NCBI GenBank assembly: GCA_965203485.1
Contig: OZ241892.1
Span: forward strand, 3,456,001-3,520,000
Direction of reading: 5' to 3'
Length of the DNA stretch: 64,000 nucleotides
Source of the DNA: Longimicrobiales bacterium
Lineage (GTDB): Bacteria > Gemmatimonadota > Gemmatimonadetes > Longimicrobiales > Gaopeijiaceae
The stretch's first letter is position 1, and every line of letters begins with the position of its first letter. Shown here piece by piece: positions 1 through 8,564 of this stretch. The notes under the pieces are model-generated. The model made no database searches. It saw nothing but the letters and a program-made list of their open reading frames with translations, and was not told the origin of the DNA. The translations under genes and the position numbers were made by a program.

Positions 1-80
1 TTGCTGAAGAGATCTATGACGAAATGGATCGAAAACGCAACAGGACGGTCAAAAAGAGATTGACGGAAACCAATTATTAA
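1..80 (+). CDS. 3' end of a gene entering from outside the window
   Basis: The frame from nt 3 reads AEEIYDEMDRKRNRTVKKRLTETNY* (TAA 78-80). It is AT-rich like the neighbouring island genes. Confidence 0.5.
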   Translation, partial: AEEIYDEMDRKRNRTVKKRLTETNY

Positions 81-242
81 TGACGCTTTCCCGATTGATG
101 GGCGTCGTCGGAGGGACGGCATGGACTCTTGGAGCGAGGAGAGCGGATGGAGATGCAGGGTGGCTGTGCGAAGTCGGCGTGGTTGTGCTGGTTGTAATGG
201 GCGTCGGCCTCCGGGCTCGGGCTGGTCGAGAAGGCGGCGGCG

Positions 243-440
243 ATGCCCCGGATGCACCTGTGGAGCATCGTCACCACCGTCGTGTTGAATGCCGCCAACG
301 GCTCGGCCGAGGGCGGCAACAGCCGCATCCAAGCGGTCAAGGCCCGGCACCGCGGCTTTCGCAATCAGGACAGCTTCGCCGCGGCCAGTCTCTTCCACCT
401 CGGCGGCCCCGATCTCTGTTCGCGCCTCACCCAGCAATGA
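243..440 (+). pseudogene. ISL3-family transposase C-terminal remnant
   Basis: HLWSIVTTVVLNAANGSAEGGNSRIQAVKARHRGFRNQDSF...FHLGG matches the ISL3 C-terminal motif N..AEG.N..I..IK....GFRN...F...I.FHLG. Confidence 0.75.
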
Positions 441-515
441 TCCGTTGTTTTCCATGCCATTCCCGCTCGTTCCGGTTCCATGTCCCTCCCCACCACATCA
501 GGCGAAGAACCTAAG

Positions 516-1427
516 ATGTTTACATGGCCGAGACTTCCAGCGAGGTGCGCAAACGAACACGAAATAGCGGATTTTGCAGAACTAGTTTGTTGGCAACGGG
601 GAAGTGTTTCATCTGTTCAACTCGTAGAGGATCTTGAACGCATGGATGATAACGATTATTCATCAACAGGAGTTCAAGAGGACGATGGCAGAAAAGAAGA
701 TGATATGGTTGCGATTTATCAGGAGCTTGAAGACAGGCAAAAAGCGTCTAGAGGAGGCTATCCTTTTGTTGTCGCCCAGCACGGTCATGCATTGCATCGA
801 AGAGAAAAAATTAATGAAAGGATGATGATATATTTTTATCTCTTGCTAGCGACGCGCCTCAACATGAAGACTCAAAGGCGACATAATGATATTGACGGTA
901 CTCTATTGTTCGAACGACTTGCCGCGGATATAGCGCGTACATATTTCGGTGATCGAGCTAGTAGCTATATATTTGGTTCCGATAATAAATCGTCGTTTAG
1001 AAAAAAGATTGATTTATTGTGTAAGGAATATATTAACGAAGGTGATGGACTGTCGGAACAACAACGTGAACCAACGGAACGCGACGGAAAACTAGATGTC
1101 GTCGTTTGGAAGCATTTTTCTGACCGATCCTCGGGAAAACTAATTGGTTTTGGTCAATGCAAGACAGGAACACACTATCGCGAACAGCTCACGCAACTAC
1201 AACCAGATGAATTTTGTCGAAAATGGATGAGAACACAACCGGTATTTACTCCGATCAGGATGTTTTTCGTAACCGAAGCTCTCTCGAGACGTCAATGGCG
1301 AAATATATCTATTGATAGTGGTTTGCTGTTTGATCGATGCCGAGTCGTAGATTTTGCCGATGAAATTCATCCGAAGGTACGCAAGGACATAGAACAATGG
1401 ATTGAAGGAGCATCCTCAATCTTATAA
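516..1427 (+). CDS. Hypothetical protein with a PD-(D/E)XK restriction-endonuclease-like C-terminal domain
   Basis: AT-rich ORF; ATG 516 chosen over 480. The motif DGKLDVVVW...IGFGQCKTG resembles the D..(D)..QxK Mrr-like nuclease core. Confidence 0.6.
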   Translation: MFTWPRLPARCANEHEIADFAELVCWQRGSVSSVQLVEDLERMDDNDYSSTGVQEDDGRKEDDMVAIYQELEDRQKASRGGYPFVVAQHGHALHRREKINERMMIYFYLLLATRLNMKTQRRHNDIDGTLLFERLAADIARTYFGDRASSYIFGSDNKSSFRKKIDLLCKEYINEGDGLSEQQREPTERDGKLDVVVWKHFSDRSSGKLIGFGQCKTGTHYREQLTQLQPDEFCRKWMRTQPVFTPIRMFFVTEALSRRQWRNISIDSGLLFDRCRVVDFADEIHPKVRKDIEQWIEGASSIL

Positions 1428-1444
1428 TAAGAATCAACATCAAC

Positions 1445-1693
1445 TTGAGTTGGCCTGCCGCCGAACAAAACCAGAGGCCGATGCTTTCCTTGCATCCAGG
1501 TGAAGAACCACTCGACAATCCATCTCCGCTTCGCCTGCCGAAGACACCGACCGTCATGCGTCCGCGTTCGATTTGCGCTGGTGCGGCACGCGATCATTTC
1601 GACACCCCGTTCCTGCAATGCGATGTCCAACGGATCGCTATCGTACGCCTTGTCTCTTATCAGGTTCGCAGTCGTGTCCTGCGCGAACGCCAA
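1445..1693 (-). pseudogene. IS5-family transposase C-terminal remnant
   Basis: LIRDKAYDSDPL...RGVEMIA...HDGRCLRQAKRRWIVEWFFTWM is a degenerate DKAYDS / RW.VER IS5 signature. Confidence 0.75.
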
Positions 1694-1790
1694 GGCTCAG
1701 CCACTCCCCCAATCGTCCAACTCCCTTGCTATGCGATGACTTGTGAACCTTCCGACCACACTTCTCTCGGGTACTTCGGACTGGAGATCA

Positions 1791-2648
1791 TTAAAACACA
1801 TGTCGTCGAGTCACTATTAGTTCATCAACGCGCGCATGGTGTGTGGTCTTCATGGAGACTCTAACAGCGATAAAGCCATGACTGCGAATCATGTCAACGA
1901 TGTCGGACGTCATGTTATAGGTCATCAGAAAATCAACATTTTTGTCTGCGAGAAGAGCGAACAAGCGTTTATGATTGATTTTGTGGTACTTGTATAGTCG
2001 TCGTCCGGGACGTTTTCCTCCAGCTGTGTAGGGAGGATCGATAAAAATCGCTATGTCGTCGGACGAAGGCATGGACTCAAGCAAAGACATACCGTCTCCG
2101 TGGTGAAATTCAAGTTTCTTGCGATCTACGTCATCCTTGATTGCGTGAAGACGATTAACCAACGTGTCGCGATACCATCGCGAGGCGACGCCCTTGCCAT
2201 CTTCGCCCGCGCGTATGAATGACGTGCCTGCCGCCAGGATGCCGCCGCGACGTGTTCGATTCAACACGAGCGTTCGAAATCCACGGTCGATGTCATTCTT
2301 GGGCGAACTAGCAAGTATATCGGCTAGGTTCTGCGTCGTTGGCTCGAATTTTTCGATCTTGTTGCAAAGTTCTTCTGTATGATTGAAAGTTGCGCGCCAA
2401 AACGCGGCGACGTCTGGATCGAGTTCGGTGAGGAGGCATTGATCAGCGAGGTTTTCCGCAGCCGCGGTCAGAGAGACGATGCCGCCGCCGCAGAATGGTT
2501 CATATAGAGTATTGGTGCGACGGCGCAACCAGTGCTTGACATGAGGAACCAGCCAAGTCTTGCCACCGGGGTAGCGAAGAGGAGATCGGTGGGGCACGGA
2601 TGACACGTTGTGGGCGGCAATCGACGACGACGGAATGTTGGTCTTCAC
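1791..2648 (-). CDS. DNA adenine methylase (D12/Dam family)
   Basis: SPLRYPGGKTWL, EPFCGGG (SAM motif I) and FIDPPY (catalytic motif IV). Confidence 0.9.
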   Translation of the reverse strand: MKTNIPSSSIAAHNVSSVPHRSPLRYPGGKTWLVPHVKHWLRRRTNTLYEPFCGGGIVSLTAAAENLADQCLLTELDPDVAAFWRATFNHTEELCNKIEKFEPTTQNLADILASSPKNDIDRGFRTLVLNRTRRGGILAAGTSFIRAGEDGKGVASRWYRDTLVNRLHAIKDDVDRKKLEFHHGDGMSLLESMPSSDDIAIFIDPPYTAGGKRPGRRLYKYHKINHKRLFALLADKNVDFLMTYNMTSDIVDMIRSHGFIAVRVSMKTTHHARVDELIVTRRHVF

Positions 2649-2663
2649 TGTGCAATCCGCCCG

Positions 2664-5600
2664 CTACCCGCCCGCCGCCTGCCGCACCACCTGCACGGCT
2701 ACCGACAGCCCCGCCAGCGTCGCCGTTTCCTCGGTGCGCATCTCGTCGAGCAGGGCGTGGAAGCGGTCCAGGGGGCTGCCGTTGCCGCCGAAGTCGAAGG
2801 CCTTGGCCAGGGTCTCGTCGCCTGCGAGGGCGACGCCGGTCAGCCGGCGGCGGATGGCCCCGATGTCGTCGATCAGGCCGAGGCTCCAACGGCGCTCCCA
2901 GCGGCCGCCCTCGACGGCGGCCTTCTCGATCGACGAGACGAGCCAGGGAATGCGGAGCTCCTCGGTGACCCAGTAGTAGGTGCGGGCGGCCTTGACGGGG
3001 TCGGTTCCGGCGGTGCGAGCGAGGCGCAGGATCTCCAAGAGGTGGTCGAAGTAGCGGAGGGCGAAGAGGTTGCGCGCGAAGGGCTCGTCCACGCCGAGGC
3101 GCACGGCCTGCTGGACGCTGGCGAGGAAGGCCTCGCGGTCCTCGCCGGCGACGAGTTCGTGGAACCGGGCGCGCAGGGCCTCGAGTTCCGCGAGGTTGCC
3201 TTCGACGAGGGACGTGGAGGAGTCCTCGGGGTCGCAGTTGGCGAGCACCCAGCGTGTCGTACGTTCCAGGACTTCGGCGAGGCCCATCACCCAGCGGTAG
3301 GCGGATCCGGTGCGGACTTGGGCTTCGCGGGCGCAGATTGCTTCAAGCGTTTTCCTGTGCTGCGTGAGTTGCGAGGCGACCAGCCACGCGCGGGCCACTT
3401 CGTCGGCGGTGCGCCCGGTCTCGCGCGAAACGCGGGTTGGGAAGGCGGCGCCCATCACGTCCACGAGGTCGTTGGTGAGTTGGCTGGCGACGATTTCGCG
3501 GCGCAGCCGGTGACTGCGGGCGCGATCGCGGCCCACCAAGTCCACGGCGGCGGACGGGAAATAGTCGAAGAAGTAGTCGGCGGCGGCGGGGTCGTCGGGC
3601 AACGAAGAGCCCAGCAGCTCGGACTTGAGGTGGAGCTTCCCGTAGGCCAGCAGCACGGCAAGCTCGGGGCGAGTCAAGGACTCGTTGGCTTCCTGCCGGG
3701 CGCGGAGCTCGTCCCATGAAGGGAGACCCTCGGCTTCCCGGTCCAGGAGTCCCGTGCGGACCAAGTCGCCCATGAGCGCCCAGAAGTGGTCGACGCCGCG
3801 GCGGGCGCGGTACTCGTCCAACGAGACGGCCAAGCTCTGGTACTCGTTGTCGCGCAGGACCTGGGCGGCGACCTCGTCGGTGAGCCGGTGGAGCAGCTGG
3901 TTGCGTTCCTCGCTGGTCGCGACCCCCGCCTTCAATGCCTCGTTGAGCAGGATCTTCAGGTTGACTTCGCGGTCCGACAGATCCACTCCGCCCGAGTTGT
4001 CCAGCGCGTCCGTGTTGATGCGCCCGCCTCCGAGGGCGTACTCCACCCGCGCGGCCTGCGTGAAGCCCAGGTTGCCGCCCTCGGCCACCACGCGAGCCTG
4101 CAAGTCGCCCACGTCGATGCGCACGGCGTCGTTGGACGGGTCGCCCACGTCGGCGTGCGATTCGTCTCCCGCCTTGACGTAGGTGCCGATTCCGCCGTTC
4201 CACAGCAGGTCCACTGGGGCCGCCAGCACGGCCCGGATGAGGCTCTCGCTGTCCAGCTTCCGCACGCCGTCCTCCACCCCGAGCGCCGCAGCGGCCTCCT
4301 CGGTGAGGTCCACCGACTTGACGTCGCGCGGCACGATCATCCCGCCCGCCGACAGCTTGCTTCGGTCGTAGTCGTCCCACGACGAACGCCCCAGGTCGAA
4401 GAGCCGCTTGCGCTCCTTGAACGATGTCTCCGGGTCGGGGCCGGGGTCGATGAATACGTGCCTGTGGTCGAAGGCCGCCACCAGCCGAATCGCCCTCGAC
4501 AGCAGCATGCCGTTGCCGAACACGTCGCCGCTCATGTCGCCGATCCCCGCCACGGTGAAGGCGTCCTTCTGGATGTCCTTGCCCTTCTCGCGGAAGTGGC
4601 GCGTCACCGATTCCCACGCGCCGCCGGCGGTGATGCCGACCGCCTTGTGGTCGTAGCCGTTCGTGCCGCCGGACGCGAAGGCGTCGCCCAGCCAGAATCC
4701 GTGTTCGGCGGCCAGCTCGTTGGCCAAGTCCGAGAACGCGGCGGTCCCCTTGTCGGCGGCCACGACCAGATAGGGGTCGAAGCCGTCCCAGCAGACGACA
4801 CGCCCAGGCCGCGCGGCCTCGCCGTCGATGTTGTCGGTGACGTCGAGCATCCCGCGGATGAGCGTGCGGTACTGGGCCTTGGCCTCCTCCGCCATTGCGT
4901 CGCGCCCGGGAAGCGAGCGCAGGCACACGAAGCCGCCCTTCGAGCCGCCGGGCACGATGACCGCGTTCTTGACCATCTGGGTATAGACGAGGCCCTGCAC
5001 CTCCGTCCGGAAGTCGTCGTCGCGGTCGGAATGGCGGATTCCGCCCCGCGCGACCATGGCGCCGCGCAAGTGGACGCCCTCCATTCGCGACGACCGCACC
5101 CAGACCTCGTACTTGAGCCGGGTGGCGTGAATCTCGCGCAGGCGCGCGCACTCGAACTTGAACGAGACGTAGGGGACGCCGCCCGACCTGCGCGCGGGCG
5201 TCCGGCCGCCCGTCAGGAAGTAGTTGGTGCGCGCAGTCGCGTCGATCACTGCCTGGAGCGCGCGCAGCGCCCGGTCGAACGCCAGCGAGCGCACGCCGGC
5301 GAGCCCTGCCGCGATCTCCCGCTTGATCGTCGCGGCCCGAGCCCTGCGGGCCCGGCCGGGGCCATCACCCTCCTCGAACGCGTCCGGGTCGAAGCGGGCC
5401 TCGAAGAGACGGAACAGGCGAAGTCCCACGTCCGGGTGCGTAGCAAGCGCCGTGCGCACGACTTGGCGCGTCGGGACGACTCCGAGCTGGAACGCGAAGT
5501 GAGCATAGGCGCGCAGCACGTCCGCCTCGCGCCACGCCATTCCCGTCCTCTCCACGAGCCGGTTGAACGCGTCGTCCGTGGCGTCGCCGGCGCGCACCGC

Positions 5601-7574
5601 CAGGATGGCCTCGGACAGGACCACGCCCCTGCCCTCCACGTCCACCTTGGCGCCTCCCTCGGCCTGAACCTCGAACGAGTAGATCGCCAAGCCGCCTTCG
5701 CCGCCCTCGTCGCGGAGCTCGAACGGCGACACCGCGATGACCCGGAGGCCGCAGTTCTCCAGTACGGGCATGAAGTCCGACAGCACGATCCGGCTGCGCC
5801 GCACGTAGACCTTGAGCTCCGAGCTCGCTCCCGGTTCGCGCAGGTCGAAGAAGCGCACCGACTCCATCCGTTCGGCGGCCTTCATCGCCTCCAGCTCGGC
5901 GATGTCGCGAACCGCCACTTCGGGGTCGTTCGCGGCTTGGTAGTCCGCCGGGAAGACGGCGGCGTAGCGCTGCGCCAAGCGGCGGGCGTCCTCCGGGGGA
6001 TGGACGGCGTCTAAGCGGTCGCGCAGTTCGTCGTCCCAGGATCGCGTCAGTTGCGCGACGGTCTCCTCGAGTTCGCCCGCGTCGATATCGGCGAGACGCT
6101 TTCGAGGACCGCCCACGTAGAAGTGGAGCCTCGCCTGGTCGCCCTCGCTCATCGCCAGGTGGTAGTTGAGGATCACCGCGTCGTAGCGGTCCACCAGCGT
6201 GCGCTCGAAGTCGCGGCGGAACCCTCCCGAGAAGCGAGCGCGCGGCAGCACCACCATGATCGAGAGCCCGCGGCCCAGCGCGTCGTGGCGCAGGGACACG
6301 ATCACGCCCTCGGTGTTGTATCGCGTCAGGATCGTGCGGACGTCGCGCCGGATCTCCTCTTCGGAGGCCAGGAAGAGCTCTTCCTTGGGCAACGAGTCGA
6401 AGATCGTGATGATCTCCTTGTAGTCGTGCGATCCCTCCGCCACGCCCGACTGCTCCAGCACGCTGGCCAGCTTCTGGCGCAGGATGGGGATGTCCTGCGC
6501 GGCCTCGGCGTACGCCCGCGACGTGAACAAGCCGAGAAAGCGGTGCTCGCCCGCGACGGCGCCGTCCTGGCCCAGCTTCTTGACGCCGATGTAGTCCATT
6601 CGCGCCCGCCGGTGGACCGTGGACTCGGCATTGGTCTTGCTGATGATGAGCAGGGGGCCGGACGTGGCGCGCTCGAACATGCCTTCGGGCAGCTCGCTCA
6701 GCGGCACGGGCTTGGAGAACGCCGACCGGCTCTCGTCCTGCAGGATGCCCAAGCCGGAGCCGGGCTCGACGGCGGCGGCGGGGCCGCTCCCCGCTTCGAT
6801 CTCGCCGATCGTGTACTCGCGGTAGCCCAGGAAGACGAAGCCGCCGTCGCGCAGCCAGCGCAGGAACGCCTGGATCTCGCGGAACTCTTCGCGCCGGTCC
6901 GGCACGTTGCGGATCTGGAAGCCGAGCTCGGACACCACGTCGGCGATCTTGTCCACCATGAGCCCGAAGTCGTCGGTGGCCCGGACCACGTCGCCGAGCC
7001 GGCGGACCGTGCCGTCGCGAAGTTCCTCGCGCTGGGCCGCGTCCGCAACCCGCTCCACCTCGGCATAGACGACGGACTCCTGCGCCTTGCCCGATCCCGG
7101 CGGCGCGAAGCCCGCGACGGCGCCGTCCTCGCCGCGCTCGACGGTCATCAGCGGATAGACGAGGGTCCTGATCTGCAGATCCCGCGACGAGATGAACTCG
7201 CGGATCGTGTCCACGATGAAGGGCCGTTCGGAGACGTTCGCGCGCACGACGGTGAACGGCGCCTGCCAGCCGTCGTCGCCCGGGCCCGGGTTCAGGACTT
7301 CGGCGTCGACCCGGCCCGGCTGGCTGCGGTCCAGGAAGAGAAGGGTGTCGAGGCAAACGTGCGCGAGTTCGGCCGGGCTGCGCTCCACCAGGCCCATGGG
7401 GGCCTTGCCGAGGAAGATCGGAACGAAGCTCTCGGCGAGGCCGGCCATCCGTTCGTCCGCCACGCCGCCGAGGGCGCGGAGCACGTCGGCGACGACCGGC
7501 GAGTTGGCGGCGAACTGGCCGGCCGGCCAGTCGCCCGACGACGCGCGCGGGGAAGACGCGGACGAAGCGTTCAC
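2664..7574 (-). CDS. gdhB: Large NAD-specific glutamate dehydrogenase
   Basis: 1636 aa; ARGGIRHSDR, QMVKNAVIVPGGSKGGF, DPYLVVAADKGTA, GIGDMSGDVFGNG, EGGNLG, DALDNSGGVD. Confidence 0.95.
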   Translation of the reverse strand: MNASSASSPRASSGDWPAGQFAANSPVVADVLRALGGVADERMAGLAESFVPIFLGKAPMGLVERSPAELAHVCLDTLLFLDRSQPGRVDAEVLNPGPGDDGWQAPFTVVRANVSERPFIVDTIREFISSRDLQIRTLVYPLMTVERGEDGAVAGFAPPGSGKAQESVVYAEVERVADAAQREELRDGTVRRLGDVVRATDDFGLMVDKIADVVSELGFQIRNVPDRREEFREIQAFLRWLRDGGFVFLGYREYTIGEIEAGSGPAAAVEPGSGLGILQDESRSAFSKPVPLSELPEGMFERATSGPLLIISKTNAESTVHRRARMDYIGVKKLGQDGAVAGEHRFLGLFTSRAYAEAAQDIPILRQKLASVLEQSGVAEGSHDYKEIITIFDSLPKEELFLASEEEIRRDVRTILTRYNTEGVIVSLRHDALGRGLSIMVVLPRARFSGGFRRDFERTLVDRYDAVILNYHLAMSEGDQARLHFYVGGPRKRLADIDAGELEETVAQLTRSWDDELRDRLDAVHPPEDARRLAQRYAAVFPADYQAANDPEVAVRDIAELEAMKAAERMESVRFFDLREPGASSELKVYVRRSRIVLSDFMPVLENCGLRVIAVSPFELRDEGGEGGLAIYSFEVQAEGGAKVDVEGRGVVLSEAILAVRAGDATDDAFNRLVERTGMAWREADVLRAYAHFAFQLGVVPTRQVVRTALATHPDVGLRLFRLFEARFDPDAFEEGDGPGRARRARAATIKREIAAGLAGVRSLAFDRALRALQAVIDATARTNYFLTGGRTPARRSGGVPYVSFKFECARLREIHATRLKYEVWVRSSRMEGVHLRGAMVARGGIRHSDRDDDFRTEVQGLVYTQMVKNAVIVPGGSKGGFVCLRSLPGRDAMAEEAKAQYRTLIRGMLDVTDNIDGEAARPGRVVCWDGFDPYLVVAADKGTAAFSDLANELAAEHGFWLGDAFASGGTNGYDHKAVGITAGGAWESVTRHFREKGKDIQKDAFTVAGIGDMSGDVFGNGMLLSRAIRLVAAFDHRHVFIDPGPDPETSFKERKRLFDLGRSSWDDYDRSKLSAGGMIVPRDVKSVDLTEEAAAALGVEDGVRKLDSESLIRAVLAAPVDLLWNGGIGTYVKAGDESHADVGDPSNDAVRIDVGDLQARVVAEGGNLGFTQAARVEYALGGGRINTDALDNSGGVDLSDREVNLKILLNEALKAGVATSEERNQLLHRLTDEVAAQVLRDNEYQSLAVSLDEYRARRGVDHFWALMGDLVRTGLLDREAEGLPSWDELRARQEANESLTRPELAVLLAYGKLHLKSELLGSSLPDDPAAADYFFDYFPSAAVDLVGRDRARSHRLRREIVASQLTNDLVDVMGAAFPTRVSRETGRTADEVARAWLVASQLTQHRKTLEAICAREAQVRTGSAYRWVMGLAEVLERTTRWVLANCDPEDSSTSLVEGNLAELEALRARFHELVAGEDREAFLASVQQAVRLGVDEPFARNLFALRYFDHLLEILRLARTAGTDPVKAARTYYWVTEELRIPWLVSSIEKAAVEGGRWERRWSLGLIDDIGAIRRRLTGVALAGDETLAKAFDFGGNGSPLDRFHALLDEMRTEETATLAGLSVAVQVVRQAAGG

Positions 7575-7677
7575 GCGCGGGCGGCGCCCCGCTCGTCAGG
7601 TCGGCCCATCCGATTCTGCTCCGTTTGGGTTGTGCCTGCGCCCGGCCGCGCGCGTGAGGACGACAGCAATCCCCAAA

Positions 7678-8532
7678 CTACGGCGCACTCGACAAAAATA
7701 CGCCTTGCGCGACACTCCCGCTACGACCGCGTTGCGCCCGGCGGCCGGGGCGCCCGCCCGCCCGGATGCCCACGAACGCGGCGTGCCTTCCGGCGTCTCC
7801 GTGCCGGTGCGAGAACCAGCGCGCGTCGCACCGGGTGCACTCGGGGCTCCGCGAGACGTTCTCGGGCGCGAGTCCCGAGCGAGCCAACCGCTCGTGCAGG
7901 GCCGCGTGCAGATCGAGGAAGGCGCGGCCGCCGCCGGGGTGCGGCTCGGGCAAGTCCGGGCGGCGGCCGGGCGGACCGCTCTTGCGTCGCTCGCCGTGGT
8001 TCTCGAAGACAGCCGCGACCTCCACGCCGACCTCGTAGCAGCACGGGCCGATGGCGGGTCCCAGGTGCGCCAGCAGGTCGGCCGGGCCGCTTCCGAAGGC
8101 GTCGCGCAACGTCGCCACTCCCGCCTGAACCACGCCGGCCGCGGCGCCGCGCCAGCCCGCGTGCAGCAACGCGACGGCCCGCCGCACCGGATCGGCCAGG
8201 AACACGGGCGCGCAGTCGGCCGCCGTCACGGCCAGCAACGTTCCCGGGACGTCCGTCGCGTGCCCGTCGCCATCGCCCGCGAGCACGACGCCGTCACGCC
8301 CGTCCCGGTGGACCCGCACCAGGGCGCCGTGAACCTGCCGGGAGCGCACGACGGACGACCAGCCGCCCTGCGCCTGCAACGCGCGCCAATCTTCCAGCGC
8401 GTCGCCCGGCGGCAACCCGAAGTCGGGACGTCCGTCCGGCCCGCGCTGGGTCGTGCCCGCGTGCAACCAGGGGTGCATTGCGGCCCAGCCAGGCACGGGG
8501 GAGACGGGCAGATTCGGTGCTCGCGCGGACAT
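7678..8532 (-). CDS. pgeF: PgeF/YfiH polyphenol-oxidase (laccase-domain) family protein
   Basis: QVHG, DGH.T, TAADCAPV, LHAGWRG, GPAIGPCCYEVG, CTRC...FSHR. Confidence 0.9.
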   Translation of the reverse strand: MSARAPNLPVSPVPGWAAMHPWLHAGTTQRGPDGRPDFGLPPGDALEDWRALQAQGGWSSVVRSRQVHGALVRVHRDGRDGVVLAGDGDGHATDVPGTLLAVTAADCAPVFLADPVRRAVALLHAGWRGAAAGVVQAGVATLRDAFGSGPADLLAHLGPAIGPCCYEVGVEVAAVFENHGERRKSGPPGRRPDLPEPHPGGGRAFLDLHAALHERLARSGLAPENVSRSPECTRCDARWFSHRHGDAGRHAAFVGIRAGGRPGRRAQRGRSGSVAQGVFLSSAP

Positions 8533-8564
8533 GCTCCGTAGAGAATAGCTTATCGTTACACGTC

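Noticed and set aside
77..240. Possible IS481-like C-terminal remnant (HYNQHNHADFAQPP) on the minus strand
   Set aside because: Too short and degenerate to support.
6051..8564. N-terminal extension making sucA an 1824-aa ORF
   Set aside because: It overlaps gdh and pgeF on the opposite strand, so it is a high-GC shadow frame. The recognisable SucA begins at ATG 8565.
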